From an uncultured Thiotrichales bacterium (lineage in GTDB: Bacteria; Pseudomonadota; Gammaproteobacteria; UWMA-0217): a stretch of 64,000 bases of DNA. Made by a program: the position numbers and the translations under genes. Of the stretch, positions 20,920-32,200 are shown in pieces. The stretch's first letter is position 1. Each line of letters begins with the position of its first letter. The stretch lies in contig CAYSFW010000089.1 in assembly GCA_964430355.1 (NCBI GenBank), positions 81,750-145,749 of the forward strand, given 5' to 3'. The notes under the pieces are model-generated. The model was not told where the DNA came from and did not search any database. It saw only the letters and a program-made list of their open reading frames with translations.

Positions 20920-22977
20920 TCAGTCCCGAACGCCCAGCGCGGTGCGGATCGCTGCGTCGCCCACGATCGGCGCGCGGCAGGTCATCCCGGTGCAGAGGTA
21001 GGCCACCCCGCCCGGTTGGGGACGTTTCTCGGCGAGCGACGGCGGTAGTGCGGCGTCGTCTTCCGGGATCGCGAACACGAGCCACGAGGGGTCGTAGCTT
21101 GCCCCGGCGCCGACTAGCCAGCCGCGCAGTGTGGCCTCGTCGCCGCGCAGGATGCAGAGCGTGGGCGGTTCGAGCTGTTCCTCGACGGCATCAAGGGCCG
21201 CGCAGTGCAGCGACGGCGCCTCGCCGATCCAGGGTGCGGCCGCCTCGACTGTGCGCCGGGCCGCGTCGAGGTAACGCTGTTCGCCGACCAGCCAGCCCAG
21301 ACGGGCGAGCGCAAGCGCGGCAAGGGCGTTGCCATTCGGCAGCGCCTCGTCGGCGAAGCCCTTGGGGCGCTGGAGCAGGGTCTCGTGGTCATGGGCGGTG
21401 AAGAAGAACCCGCCTTGCTGCACATCCTCGAAACGGCCGAGCAGCACGTCTGCGAGCTGGACGGCGAAGGCGAGGTCTACGCTGCGCCAGCGGGCCTGCA
21501 AAAGCTCCAGGATCGCGTCGATGAGCATCGCGTGGTCATCGAGGTAGGCGGCCAGATGCGCGCGCCCGTCCTTGTACGTGGCCAGCAGGCGCCCGTCGCG
21601 CCAGAGCTGCATGCGGATGAAGTCGAGCGCGCGGGTAGCCGACTCGGCGAGCTCGGGTCGGCCGAGCCGCCGCGCGGCAATCGCCATACCGCGGATCATC
21701 AGCGCGTTCCAGGCGGTGAGGATTTTCTCGTCGCGGCCGGGCCACACGCGCTGTGTCCGGGCTGCGAGCAGCGTGCTGCGGGCGCGGTCGAGCGTGGCGC
21801 GTACCTCAGCGGGTGAGAGGCCCGTTTCGCGGGCGAGCGCATCGACATCGACGCGAACATATAGGTGCCACAGCCCTTCGAAGTTCGGTGGCTGGTCGAG
21901 CCCGAAGTGGCGGCTGACGAGCGCGAAAGCCTCGGGCGCGAGCAGCTGCCTCGGTTCCACTGGGTCCCAAACGTAGAACTTCCCCTCGACGTGCTCAGCG
22001 TCGGCGTCCATGCTGGAGTAATAACCCCCCTCGGGCGACTGCATCTCGCGCAGCGTCCAGTCGGCCGTCTCCGAGGCAATGCGCGCAAACAGCGCCTCAC
22101 CCGTCGCGGCGTAGGCCTCGGCGTAGAGCGCGAGCAGCGGGCCGTTGTCATAGAGCATCTTTTCGAAGTGCGGAATCATCCACCGGTCATCGACCGAGTA
22201 GCGGCAGAAACCGCCGCCGAGCTGGTCGTAGACGCCGCCGAGCGCCATCTTGCGCAGCGTGAAGGTGGCCATGTGCAGGGCCTGCTCGTCAGGGTGCCCG
22301 CCGCGCGCCGTCTTCGACCAGTGCCGCAGCAGCCGCCCGAGGTGGGTGGGGTGCGGGAACTTGGGCGCACGCCCAAAGCCGCCGTGGGTCCGGTCGAAGC
22401 TTTGCGCAAGCTCGCCCCGCGCCATGTCGAACAGCGACGCGTCGAGACGGACCGGCCCGGCCGGTGCCACCGACAGGCTGTCGAAGGCATCGAGCACAGC
22501 CGCGCTTTGCCCGGCGATTTCGTCAGCGTGCGCGTGGAAGTACGCCGCGACCCGCTCGAGCAGGTCGCGAAAGGCGGGCAGGCCATGGCGCGGTGCGTCG
22601 GGAAAGTAGGTGCCGCCGAAGAACGGGACCTGCCGGTCCGGCGTCAGGAACATCGTCAGCGGCCAGCCGCCGGGGCGGCGCGCGAGCATCTGATGCGCGA
22701 GCTGATAGATCTTGTCGAGATCGGGGCGTTCCTCGCGGTCGACCTTGATGTTGACGAACAGACGGTTCATCACCGCGGCGGTCGCCGAGTCTTCAAAGGA
22801 CTCGTGGGCCATGACGTGGCACCAGTGGCATGCGGAGTACCCGATCGAGAGCAGGATGGGCTTGTGCTCGGCGCGGGCTCGGGCGAGGGCCTCCTCGCCC
22901 CAGGGATACCAATCGACCGGGTTGTCGGCGTGCTGCTGGAGGTATGGGCTGGTTTCTTGTGCGAGGCGGTTGGGCAT
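20920..22977 (-). CDS. Thioredoxin-domain protein YyaL (DUF255 / N-acylglucosamine 2-epimerase-like fold)
   Basis: N-terminal [43 protein letters not shown] typical of DUF255; 685 aa. Confidence 0.85.
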   Translation of the reverse strand: MPNRLAQETSPYLQQHADNPVDWYPWGEEALARARAEHKPILLSIGYSACHWCHVMAHESFEDSATAAVMNRLFVNIKVDREERPDLDKIYQLAHQMLARRPGGWPLTMFLTPDRQVPFFGGTYFPDAPRHGLPAFRDLLERVAAYFHAHADEIAGQSAAVLDAFDSLSVAPAGPVRLDASLFDMARGELAQSFDRTHGGFGRAPKFPHPTHLGRLLRHWSKTARGGHPDEQALHMATFTLRKMALGGVYDQLGGGFCRYSVDDRWMIPHFEKMLYDNGPLLALYAEAYAATGEALFARIASETADWTLREMQSPEGGYYSSMDADAEHVEGKFYVWDPVEPRQLLAPEAFALVSRHFGLDQPPNFEGLWHLYVRVDVDALARETGLSPAEVRATLDRARSTLLAARTQRVWPGRDEKILTAWNALMIRGMAIAARRLGRPELAESATRALDFIRMQLWRDGRLLATYKDGRAHLAAYLDDHAMLIDAILELLQARWRSVDLAFAVQLADVLLGRFEDVQQGGFFFTAHDHETLLQRPKGFADEALPNGNALAALALARLGWLVGEQRYLDAARRTVEAAAPWIGEAPSLHCAALDAVEEQLEPPTLCILRGDEATLRGWLVGAGASYDPSWLVFAIPEDDAALPPSLAEKRPQPGGVAYLCTGMTCRAPIVGDAAIRTALGVRD

Positions 22978-23098
22978 GGCGGAGTCCGGTGCGGTGTGTT
23001 GCCCGGACTATATGCGTTGGAATCCGCGAGGGCTGTGAACCCGAACCATCCCGGGGGTTATACTGCCAGCCCGATCACGCGCACGCACCGCCCCGACC

Positions 23099-24304
23099 AT
23101 GACCGAATCCCAGACCCTGTTTGCTCCGCTCCGGCTGAAAAAGAACGAGGACCGTCGCCTGCGCCAGGGGCATGTCTGGGTCTACAGCAATGAGGTTGAT
23201 GTCGAGAAGACGCCACTCAAGCCGCTCGCCCAAGGTCAGGTGGTCGAGATTCTGGACCATCAGGGGCGCGCCCTCGGCACCGGTTACGTCAACCCGCACT
23301 CGCTGATCTGCGCCCGGCTGGTCAGCCGCGATGCGCGGCACCCGTTCTCCCCGTCGCTCATCGTGCACCGGCTGAAGGTTGCATTGTCGCTGCGCGAACG
23401 GCTCTACCCGACACCGCACTACCGCCTCGTGCATGGCGAAGGCGACGGCCTGCCGGGGCTTGTTGTCGATCGCTACGGGCCGGTGCTGGTCGTGCAAGTG
23501 ACCACCGCAGGCATGGAGGCGCAGCTCGATGCGATTCTCGAGGGTTTGCAAAAGGTGCTGCGCCCCGAGGTCATCGTCCTGCGCAACGATGGCCCGATGC
23601 GCGCGCTGGAGGGGCTGGAATCCTACACCCGCACCGCGCTGGGCGAGGCCCCGGAGGAGCTCACGGTCGAGGAACACGGCGCGCAGTTCAGCGTCTCGCT
23701 GCAGGCGGGCCAGAAGACGGGCTGGTTTTACGATCAGCGCGACAATCGCCGCGACCTCGGACGCCTGGTGCGCGGGGCGCGCGTGCTCGACGTGTTCAGC
23801 TACGTGGGCGGTTGGGGCATCCAGGCTGCGCGCGCCGGCGCCCGCGAGGTGCTGTGCGTGGATGAATCGACGCGCGCGGGCGAGTACGTGCTGCGCAACG
23901 CCGAGCGCAACGGGACGCCGCAAGTCGCCTTCCGCGCCGGCGAGGCCTTCGCCACCCTGCGTCAGCTGCGCGAGGCTGGCGCGGAGTACGATGTCGTGAT
24001 CGTCGATCCGCCGGCCTTCATCAAGCGCAAGAAGGACTACGACGCGGGCCTGGAGGCTTACCACCGCCTGAACCAGCACGCCCTGCAGGTGCTAGCGCGC
24101 GACGGGTTCCTGATCTCGTGCTCCTGCTCCTACCACCTGTCGCGGGAGGTGCTGGTGCAGCAGATCCAGGCCGCCGCGCGGCACCTGAACCGAACCGTTC
24201 AGGTCATCGCCCACGGTTACCAGTCCGCCGACCATCCCATGCACCCGATGATTCCCGAGACGGGTTACCTGAAGGTGGTTTACCTGCGCGTCACGCGCGA
24301 CTGA
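23099..24304 (+). CDS. rlmI: 23S rRNA m5C1962 methyltransferase RlmI-like (PUA + class I SAM MTase)
   Basis: N-terminal PUA-like region, SAM motif VLDVFSYVGGWG and DPPAF. Confidence 0.8.
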   Translation: MTESQTLFAPLRLKKNEDRRLRQGHVWVYSNEVDVEKTPLKPLAQGQVVEILDHQGRALGTGYVNPHSLICARLVSRDARHPFSPSLIVHRLKVALSLRERLYPTPHYRLVHGEGDGLPGLVVDRYGPVLVVQVTTAGMEAQLDAILEGLQKVLRPEVIVLRNDGPMRALEGLESYTRTALGEAPEELTVEEHGAQFSVSLQAGQKTGWFYDQRDNRRDLGRLVRGARVLDVFSYVGGWGIQAARAGAREVLCVDESTRAGEYVLRNAERNGTPQVAFRAGEAFATLRQLREAGAEYDVVIVDPPAFIKRKKDYDAGLEAYHRLNQHALQVLARDGFLISCSCSYHLSREVLVQQIQAAARHLNRTVQVIAHGYQSADHPMHPMIPETGYLKVVYLRVTRD

Positions 24305-24317
24305 TAAGATACGCCCC

Positions 24318-25115
24318 ATGCTGACTCATCCGCACATCGACCCCGTCGCCCTGGCTATCGGGCCGTTCAAGATCCACTGGTACGGCCTGATGTATCTGCT
24401 CGGCTTTCTCGCCTTCTGGTGGCTCGGCAAGCGCCGCGCGCGCCGCGACGACTCCCCCATCGCACCCGATCAGGTCGGTGACCTGCTGTTTTACGGAGCG
24501 CTTGGTGTGATCCTCGGCGGGCGCATCGGCTACGTGCTGTTCTACAACTTCGGGCAGTTCCTCAACGACCCGGCGATGATCTTCCGCATCTGGGAAGGGG
24601 GCATGAGCTTTCACGGCGGGCTGCTCGGGGTGTTGCTCGTCATCCTGCTCTACGCCCGGAAGCTCGGCACCGGCTTTTTCAACCTTGCCGACTTCGTGGC
24701 ACCGATGGTCCCGATCGGGCTCGGTACGGGGCGCATCGGTAACTTCATCAACGGCGAGCTGTGGGGCCGAGCCACGGACTTGCCCTGGGGCATGGTCTTT
24801 GCGCACGCCGACGATCTGCCGCGTCACCCCTCGCAGCTGTATCAGGCGTTCCTCGAGGGCCTCGTCCTGTTTCTCGTGCTGTGGATCTATTCGTCGAAGC
24901 CCCGCCCAACCATGGCGGTGTCCGGCCTGTTCCTCATCGGCTACGGTCTGTTCCGCTTTCTGGTCGAATTCGTCCGTGAGCCCGACGCGCACATCGGCTT
25001 CGTGGCGCTGAACTGGATGTCCATGGGGCAGCTTCTCAGCCTGCCGATGATCGTCTTCGGCATCCTGCTCATGTTCCTTGCCCACCGGGCCAGGCCGGCC
25101 CGGCAGACGGCATGA
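24318..25115 (+). CDS. lgt: Prolipoprotein diacylglyceryl transferase
   Basis: [11 protein letters not shown] and the Lgt signature [15 protein letters not shown]. Confidence 0.95.
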   Translation: MLTHPHIDPVALAIGPFKIHWYGLMYLLGFLAFWWLGKRRARRDDSPIAPDQVGDLLFYGALGVILGGRIGYVLFYNFGQFLNDPAMIFRIWEGGMSFHGGLLGVLLVILLYARKLGTGFFNLADFVAPMVPIGLGTGRIGNFINGELWGRATDLPWGMVFAHADDLPRHPSQLYQAFLEGLVLFLVLWIYSSKPRPTMAVSGLFLIGYGLFRFLVEFVREPDAHIGFVALNWMSMGQLLSLPMIVFGILLMFLAHRARPARQTA

Positions 25116-25906
25116 AACAGTATATCGACCTAATGCGCCACGTGCGCGACCACGGCGTGCGCAAGCAGGACCGCACCGGCACCGGCACGCTGTCGGTGTT
25201 CGGCTACCAGATGCGCTTCAATCTGGCCGATGGCTTTCCGCTCGTCACCACCAAGAAGCTGCACCTGCGCTCGATCATCCACGAGCTGCTGTGGTTCCTG
25301 CAGGGTTCGACCAACGTCCGCTACCTGCGCGAAAACGGTGTGACGATCTGGGACGAGTGGGCGGACGCCGAAGGCGAGCTGGGGCCGATCTACGGCTACC
25401 AGTGGCGATCCTGGCCCGACGGAAAGGGCGGGCACATCGACCAGATCGCGCAGGTCGTCGATCAGATCCGCCGCAACCCGGACTCGCGCCGCCTCATCGT
25501 CAGCGCCTGGAACGTGGCGCAGATCGACGCGATGGCCTTGCCTCCCTGCCACGCCTTCTTCCAGTTTTACGTGGCCGAGGGCCGCCTGTCCTGCCAGCTC
25601 TACCAGCGCAGCGCCGATATTTTTCTCGGCGTGCCGTTCAACATAGCCTCCTACGCCCTGCTCACCCACATGGTGGCGCATGTCACCGGGCTCAAGGCCG
25701 GGGAGTTCGTACACACGCTGGGGGACGCGCACCTGTACCTGAACCATCTCGAGCAGGCGGAGCTGCAACTGTCGCGCGAGCCGCTGCCCTTGCCGACGCT
25801 GCGCCTCAATCCGGCGGTGCGCGACCTCTTGGCCTTCCGCTTCGAAGACATCGAGCTCTTGAATTACCAAGCGCACCCGCACATCAAGGCGCCCGTGGCC
25901 GTCTGA
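25112..25906 (+). CDS. thyA: Thymidylate synthase
   Basis: Classical ThyA sequence ([34 protein letters not shown]). 4-bp overlap with lgt. Confidence 0.97.
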   Translation: MKQYIDLMRHVRDHGVRKQDRTGTGTLSVFGYQMRFNLADGFPLVTTKKLHLRSIIHELLWFLQGSTNVRYLRENGVTIWDEWADAEGELGPIYGYQWRSWPDGKGGHIDQIAQVVDQIRRNPDSRRLIVSAWNVAQIDAMALPPCHAFFQFYVAEGRLSCQLYQRSADIFLGVPFNIASYALLTHMVAHVTGLKAGEFVHTLGDAHLYLNHLEQAELQLSREPLPLPTLRLNPAVRDLLAFRFEDIELLNYQAHPHIKAPVAV

Positions 25907-25915
25907 CTGCCGCCG

Positions 25916-26410
25916 ATGTTGATCTCCCTCGTCGCTGCCATGGACCGTAACCGCGTCATCGGCGCGGGCAACCGCATGCCCTGGCACCTGCCTGCCGACC
26001 TCAAGCACTTCCGGGCGCTTACGATGGGTAAGCCGATCGTCATGGGCCGCAAGACCTTCGAATCGATCGGCGGCAAGCCGCTGCCTGGGCGCCTCAATAT
26101 CGTCCTGACACGCGCCCCCGGATTGAAGGCCGAGGGCGTCAGCGTGGTCACGAGCATCGCCGAGGCACTGAGCGCCGCAGGCGGTGCCGAGGAGCTCATG
26201 GTCATCGGTGGCGCGGAGGTCTACCGCCAGTTTCTCGCGCTGGCGCAGCGCGTCCACCTCACCGAAATCGATGCCACCTTCGAAGGCGATGCGTACTTCC
26301 CGCAGCTGCCGGCGGACCAGTGGCGTGAGGCCGACCGCCAGACCGTGCCCGCTGACGAGCGCAATGCGTATACGATGGACTTTGTCGTCTACGAGCGACT
26401 CCCAAGCTGA
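25916..26410 (+). CDS. folA: Dihydrofolate reductase
   Basis: MLISLVAAMDRNRVIGAGNRMPWHLPADLKHFRALTMGKPIVMGRKTFESIG. Confidence 0.95.
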   Translation: MLISLVAAMDRNRVIGAGNRMPWHLPADLKHFRALTMGKPIVMGRKTFESIGGKPLPGRLNIVLTRAPGLKAEGVSVVTSIAEALSAAGGAEELMVIGGAEVYRQFLALAQRVHLTEIDATFEGDAYFPQLPADQWREADRQTVPADERNAYTMDFVVYERLPS

Positions 26411-26777
26411 CAGGGTGTAAAAATACGCCCGCTGAGTGCCTGTGCGGTGGCGCAGATCGCGTCAAACTGTGCGTTGACGCCGTGTAAGCTGCGACTTTCA
26501 CTCGGGGCATCCACCGCCGATCCCCTCGGCCCCAACCTTCGACGGTTCCCGTTCACGCCTGGCCAACGGCTCGGCGATGTGCGCCTCGCCTGAGCCCCCC
26601 TTGGGTCGTTCTTAAGCACCCGGTTAACAACGTTTGTCACGCCGCCAGGGTGCCAGCGGTCATTTGAGCCGCCTGAGCGGCACACCCGGCGACAGCCCTG
26701 GAGTGAAGCAGTTACCCGACGGGCCTGAGGTGCTCGGATAACGTGTATGCGACGTTCGCACAACATGTCGCGCGCCC

Positions 26778-27275
26778 ATGGAAAAGAACGAAAACAAGGG
26801 TTTCAACATCATCGAGCTACTTGTCACGCTGGCCGTCGCCGCGACGCTCGCCTCTTTGGCTATCCCAAGCTTCCGCTGGATGGTGCAGAACAACCGCGTG
26901 GTCACGACCACGAACTCGCTGGTCTCTGCGCTGCAGATCGCGCGCAGCGAGGCGATCAAACAGGGGGTCGAAATCGACGTGGTGTCCCGAACCGGTGACT
27001 GGCAGGCGGGGTGGCGAGTCGGGCTGGACCTTAACGACGACGGTGATTTCGACGACGCCGATGAAGCAGTACTGCAAAGCTGGGATGCGCTGGCCGAAGG
27101 CGTCACGGTGAGCATGGCCGATCCGGCGGTTCACTATCGCCCGAACGGGCGGGCCGACAGCGCTGCCGTGTTCGTCGTGTCACCCCAGGATTGTCCGAGC
27201 GGCCAACTGCTGCAACGGCAGGTGGGCGTGGCGCTGACGGGTCAGGTCAACTCCGTGCCGGTGGCCTGCCCATGA
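26778..27275 (+). CDS. fimT: Type IV pilus minor pilin FimT/FimU (GspH-like)
   Basis: Prepilin leader MEKNENKG|FNIIELLVTLAVAA; first gene of the minor-pilin operon. Confidence 0.8.
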   Translation: MEKNENKGFNIIELLVTLAVAATLASLAIPSFRWMVQNNRVVTTTNSLVSALQIARSEAIKQGVEIDVVSRTGDWQAGWRVGLDLNDDGDFDDADEAVLQSWDALAEGVTVSMADPAVHYRPNGRADSAAVFVVSPQDCPSGQLLQRQVGVALTGQVNSVPVACP

Positions 27276-27724
27276 ACGGCCGACGCGCGATCCGAGGCGC
27301 TCTGACCTCTTCGCACGTCCAGCGCGGGGTCACGCTCATGGAGGTTCTGGTCACCATCCTGATCCTCGGTATTGGCCTGATGGGGATGGCGAACCTGCAG
27401 ATCATGAGCCTGCGCAACACGATGACCGCTGACCGCTTCAACCTGGTCAACGGTCACCTCGCCAGCATCGTCGAGCGGATGCGGGCGAACGCCGTCCAGG
27501 CGCGGGCCGGCAACTACAACATCGCGCTCGAGCAAGTGCCGGCCGGTTCCGGTCAGGTCCTCGCCGACCTCGTCGCGTGGAAGGGCGAGCTGGCCGAAAA
27601 CCTCCCTTCTGGCGATGGCGCGATCGACTGCGCGGCCAACGGGGTGTGCACCATCACCATCCGCTGGATCGGCAACACCGAGACCGAAACGGCCGTGCAG
27701 TACACGACGCAGACACTGCTATGA
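27272..27724 (+). CDS. pilV: Type IV pilus minor pilin PilV
   Basis: Class III signal ...VQRG|VTLMEVLVTILILG. ATGA overlaps with fimT and pilW. Confidence 0.8.
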   Translation: MNGRRAIRGALTSSHVQRGVTLMEVLVTILILGIGLMGMANLQIMSLRNTMTADRFNLVNGHLASIVERMRANAVQARAGNYNIALEQVPAGSGQVLADLVAWKGELAENLPSGDGAIDCAANGVCTITIRWIGNTETETAVQYTTQTLL

Positions 27725-28674
27725 ATCTCCCTTCGCTTCGTCCGCGCGACCAGGCGGGTTTCACGCTCGCCGAACTGATGATCTCGATGCTCCTTGGCCT
27801 GCTGTCGATTGGGGCGGTGCTCAAGATGTATCAGGTCAACGGGCAGACCTACCGCACGCAGACCGCGGTTTCCGCCCTGCAGCAGAGTGCCCGGTACGCC
27901 TTCGACTTGCTCTCCTATGAGCTGCGCATGGCCGGGTTCACGGGTTGCAGCAACCTCGACGTCGTCACCCCCAACGTGCTGGCCACGAGCGCCCCGGCGT
28001 GGCCGGCCAACGAGGTCGGGCAGAGGATTGCAGGATCCGAAGGCGCTTCCGGCGCCACCGATACCCTGTCGATCGCCCGGGGCAGCGGCTGCGGCGCACA
28101 GCTGACGACGGCCATGTCGAGCGCCAGTGACATCCTGCGGGCGGAGGATGCGAGTCTCTGCAACTGGTCGGCGGGTGCGCTCCTCATGGTCACGGATTGC
28201 GAGGCCGTGGACGTGTTCGAGGCGACCTCGATCAGTACGGCATCCGGCTCGACCCACATCAGTCATGCCGCCTCGGCCAATACCTCGGCAAGCTTTTCCA
28301 AGGCATTCGGCACCGAGGCGCAGGTGATGTCCCTGGAACTCAACAACTTCAGCATCGCGACGGCGCCGAGCGGTGAGCCGGCCCTGTTCCGCAACGGCGA
28401 GCCGGTGGTCGAGGGCATCGAAAACCTGCAAATCCGTTACGGCATCGACACGAACGCCGATCGCGCCGTGGACCAGTACGTCGCGGCCAACGCCGTCACG
28501 GACTGGAGCAGCGTGCTCAGCGTCGAGATCAACCTGCTGCTGCGCACGGCGCAGGACAACCTCGCGCCGGAACCGCAGACCTACGTCTTCGCCGGCACCG
28601 AGACCACCGCAACTGACCGACGTCTACGGCGTGCTTACACCCACGTCGTGACCCTGCGCAACCGGGTGATTTGA
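27721..28674 (+). CDS. pilW: Type IV pilus minor pilin PilW
   Basis: Leader MNLPSLRPRDQAG|FTLAELMISML; size and operon position. Confidence 0.8.
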   Translation: MNLPSLRPRDQAGFTLAELMISMLLGLLSIGAVLKMYQVNGQTYRTQTAVSALQQSARYAFDLLSYELRMAGFTGCSNLDVVTPNVLATSAPAWPANEVGQRIAGSEGASGATDTLSIARGSGCGAQLTTAMSSASDILRAEDASLCNWSAGALLMVTDCEAVDVFEATSISTASGSTHISHAASANTSASFSKAFGTEAQVMSLELNNFSIATAPSGEPALFRNGEPVVEGIENLQIRYGIDTNADRAVDQYVAANAVTDWSSVLSVEINLLLRTAQDNLAPEPQTYVFAGTETTATDRRLRRAYTHVVTLRNRVI

Positions 28675-28684
28675 GGAGACGCGG

Positions 28685-29251
28685 ATGACCCCTGACTTGC
28701 AACGACCCATCGTCCCGCGGTCCCTGCCGCAGCGGCAACGCGGCATCACGTTGGTCATCGGGCTGATCATCCTGCTCGTGATGACCATGACGGGACTAGC
28801 TGCCGTGCGCGCCGTCACGCTCGAAGAGCGCATCGTCGCCAATGAGCGGGACCGCGCACTGGCCTTCCAGGCGGCCGAGGCGGCCGTGCGCGACGCCATC
28901 GAGTGGCTGGAAATACAGGCCGGGCCGCCTACGCCCAGCGTCAACGGTAACACGGGTGTGTGGGAGACCGGGGTCATTACCATGGCCCGCCTCTTTGAGC
29001 CTGACTTCTGGGACGACACGGCGACGCTCGTCAGCTATCCGGAAACAGCGGGCCTGGCGCCCGTTGCGGGTGTGGCTGAGCAGCCGAAGTTCATGATCGA
29101 GCAACTGGCCTTCGTGCCGGACGACAACGACCCGGCCACCATCGCGGCACGCCGCGGCGTTTTCTTCTATCGCATCACTTCCCGCGGCATCGGGGGCACG
29201 GTCACGGCGCGCTCCCTCGTGCAGGCCTTCCACCGCATCCGCTACTTCTAG
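28685..29251 (+). CDS. pilX: Type IV pilus assembly protein PilX
   Basis: ...QRQRG|ITLVIGLIILLVMT N-terminus characteristic of PilX; lies between pilW and pilY1. Confidence 0.8.
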   Translation: MTPDLQRPIVPRSLPQRQRGITLVIGLIILLVMTMTGLAAVRAVTLEERIVANERDRALAFQAAEAAVRDAIEWLEIQAGPPTPSVNGNTGVWETGVITMARLFEPDFWDDTATLVSYPETAGLAPVAGVAEQPKFMIEQLAFVPDDNDPATIAARRGVFFYRITSRGIGGTVTARSLVQAFHRIRYF

Positions 29252-29263
29252 ACGGACACAGCC

Positions 29264-32200
29264 ATGAGCCAACCAACACTCCACCGCATGCTCCTCCGCG
29301 CCTTGTGGTTTGCAACGGTCGCGACGCTGATTCCCGGAACCGGTGTCGCCGCTCTCAATATCAGTCACACGCCGCTCTTCCTCGGCGGGCAGCAGGCGCC
29401 CCTGACGCTGCTCGTGATGGGGCGCGACCACAAGCTCTACTACGAGGCCTATAACGACGCCTCGGATCTGGACGGCGACGGGGATCTCGAAGTCCGCTTC
29501 AAGCCGTCGATCGACTACTACGGCTATTTCAACAGCTACGCCTGCTACGACTACAATGCTGCTTCGAAGCGGTTCGTTCCAGCAGCGGCGACACCCGACA
29601 AGACCTGCTCCGGCAAATGGAGCGGCAACTTCCTGAATTACCTGACCATGTCCCGGATGGATCTGCTGCGCAAGGTGCTCTACGGCGGCTACCGCAGCGT
29701 GGACACCGCGACCGAGACCGTGCTTGAGCGGGTCTACATCCCGCAGGACGCGCACAGCTGGGGCAAGGAGTACACGAGCAAGGCGGTCGACGGCTTTGAC
29801 ATCGCCAAATATACGCCGCTCAGCGAGCCAACGGCGGGCAGGCGCCATTTGTTCGCCAACACCACGCGCTTCCACGATACCAGTCAGCTCCCTCTGCTGC
29901 GTGTGGTCCAAAACACCCAAGCGCGGGTCATGGAGTGGGTTAGCAAAGAACGTTTGGTTGCCGAGTCGTCGACCTCAACCGGGCTGACGTTGGCGCCCAC
30001 GGACTACGTCGTGAGGGTCCAGGTCTGCAGCACCACCGCTACAGAAACCGACTGTAAACGCTACCCAGCCGGAAATTTCAAACCCGTGGGCCTGCTCCAC
30101 CAGTACGGTGAGAACGACAGCATGTACTTCGGGCTGTTGACCGGTTCCTACCAGAAGAACACCTCGGGCGGCGTGCTGCGCAAGGCGATGTCCTCGTTCA
30201 AGGATGAGGTTGATGCCAACAACGGGCGCTTCACGAGCACCATTGGCATCGTAAAGACCCTCGACAGGTTACGAATCACCGGTTTCGGCAGTGGATACGC
30301 TTACAACGACAACTGCGGCTGGATTACCACGAAACCGATATCAGAAGGCGAGTGCCGCATGTGGGGCAATCCGATTGCCGAGATGATGTACGAAGGCCTG
30401 CGTTATTTCGCGGGCAAGGCCAAGCCGTCGAACGAGTTCAAGATCAATGCCACGGGCAATGACGACGCAGCGCTCGGCCTGCCGCTTGCAACCTGGAACG
30501 ATCCGTACGACACGACCAAAGGCGGCTTCAAGGAGTGCGCCAAGCCCTTCGAGCTGGTCATCAGCGACATCAACCCCTCCTTCGACACGGACCAACTGCC
30601 GGGATCGGTGTTCAACAGCATTTCGACGGACCTTTCCGGCATGAACGTGGCCACTGCTGCGGCGACGATCACGGTGGGCGAGCCCGATGCGCTGGGCCTG
30701 CATTTCATTGGCCAGTCCGGCACGCACTACGACGGTGCGCCTTCCGCGAAGATCGTCGCCGGCTTGTCATCAATCCGAGGGCTGGCCCCCGAGGAGCCAA
30801 CCAAGCAGGGCGGCTACTATTCGGCCAGTGTGGCCTTTCACGGTAAAACCAAGGATCTGCACTCCGCACCAGGCGATCAGAAGGTGGAGACGCTCGCCGT
30901 CACCCTCGCTTCGCCTTTGCCGAAGATCGAGATCCCCGTCGCCGGTCGCAAAGTCACGCTGGTGCCGTTCGCAAAATCTGTCGCGGGTTTTGGCATCAGT
31001 CCCGACGCGAGCAAATTCCAGCCGACCAATCAGATCGTCGACTTCAATGTGACGCAGGTCAGCAATACGAACGCTGGCAACAAGGACACCAGCGTCAACG
31101 GCGGACGCCCGTACTACCGCTTCTCGATCAATTTCGAAGACGTCGAACAAGGTGCTGACCATGACATGGACGCCATCGTCGAATACACGATCGCAGTTAC
31201 CGAGGATGGCAAAATCCGGGTCGCGCTCAATTCCACCTATGCCGCTGGCAGCATCGTCCAGCATATGGGTTACGTGATTTCGGGTACGTCCGCGGACGGA
31301 ACCTATCTCGAAGTGCGCGACAAGGACACGTCGGCCGCTGCTGACCCCGACTACTTTCTTGACACACCGCCCGGCGTAACGCCAGGCTCAGCAGTGGCTT
31401 GGCAAGACCGCCAGGCGCTTCCGCTGCAAACCGAGCGCGTGTTCACCCCGAGTGACACGCCGGCAGCCACATTGCTCAAAGACCCGCTCTGGTACGCCGC
31501 GAAATGGGGCGGCTTCAAGGATCTAAACGGCAACGGCCTGCCTGATAAGGGTGAGTGGGACTCGCGCGTCGCGGGTTCGCCGGACAACTACTTCCTGGTT
31601 ACGAACCCGGGTGAACTCAATAACCAGCTCGCCAAAGCGTTCTCCACCCTGGCGGACAAGGCCACATCGGGTTCCGCCGCTGCGGTCAACGGCCTGTCCA
31701 CGCGCACGGCGACCACGGCCTTCCAGGCGATTTTTGATGCCAAGGACTGGTCGGGCGACCTGCGTGCGTTCAAGCTCAACAACAACGGCACGCTCGGGGA
31801 CATCAAATGGAAGGCGAGTGACCAGCTCAAGAATGTGAATCCGGACAGCCGGGTCATCTTGACCTATGACCCCAAAAAGGGCGAGGGGGCGCCGTTTCGC
31901 TGGGTGAAGCTCGCGCCCGAGCAAAAGCGTGCCATCCGGGAAGGCGACGGTGCCGATGATCCAGGCGTGAAGCGTGTTGCCTACCTGCGTGGTGACCGGA
32001 CGGATGAGGGTTCCACCTACCGCAAGCGCAGTTCGCTGTTGGGAGATGTGGTCAACTCCGCGCCCCTATACGTCGCCGCTCCATCACCGTACAACCGGGT
32101 CGAAGCCGCGGAGATGTCGGCATACAACTCCTTCGCGAGCGGCTTTGCGGGACGCACGCCAATGGTATTCGTCGGGGCCAACGATGGTATGTTGCACGGC

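Noticed and set aside
26411-26777. Sigma-54 promoter or tRNA in the 367-bp region upstream of fimT
   Set aside because: No TGGCAC-N5-TTGC match and no tRNA-like cloverleaf signatures. Probably an ordinary sigma-70 promoter region.
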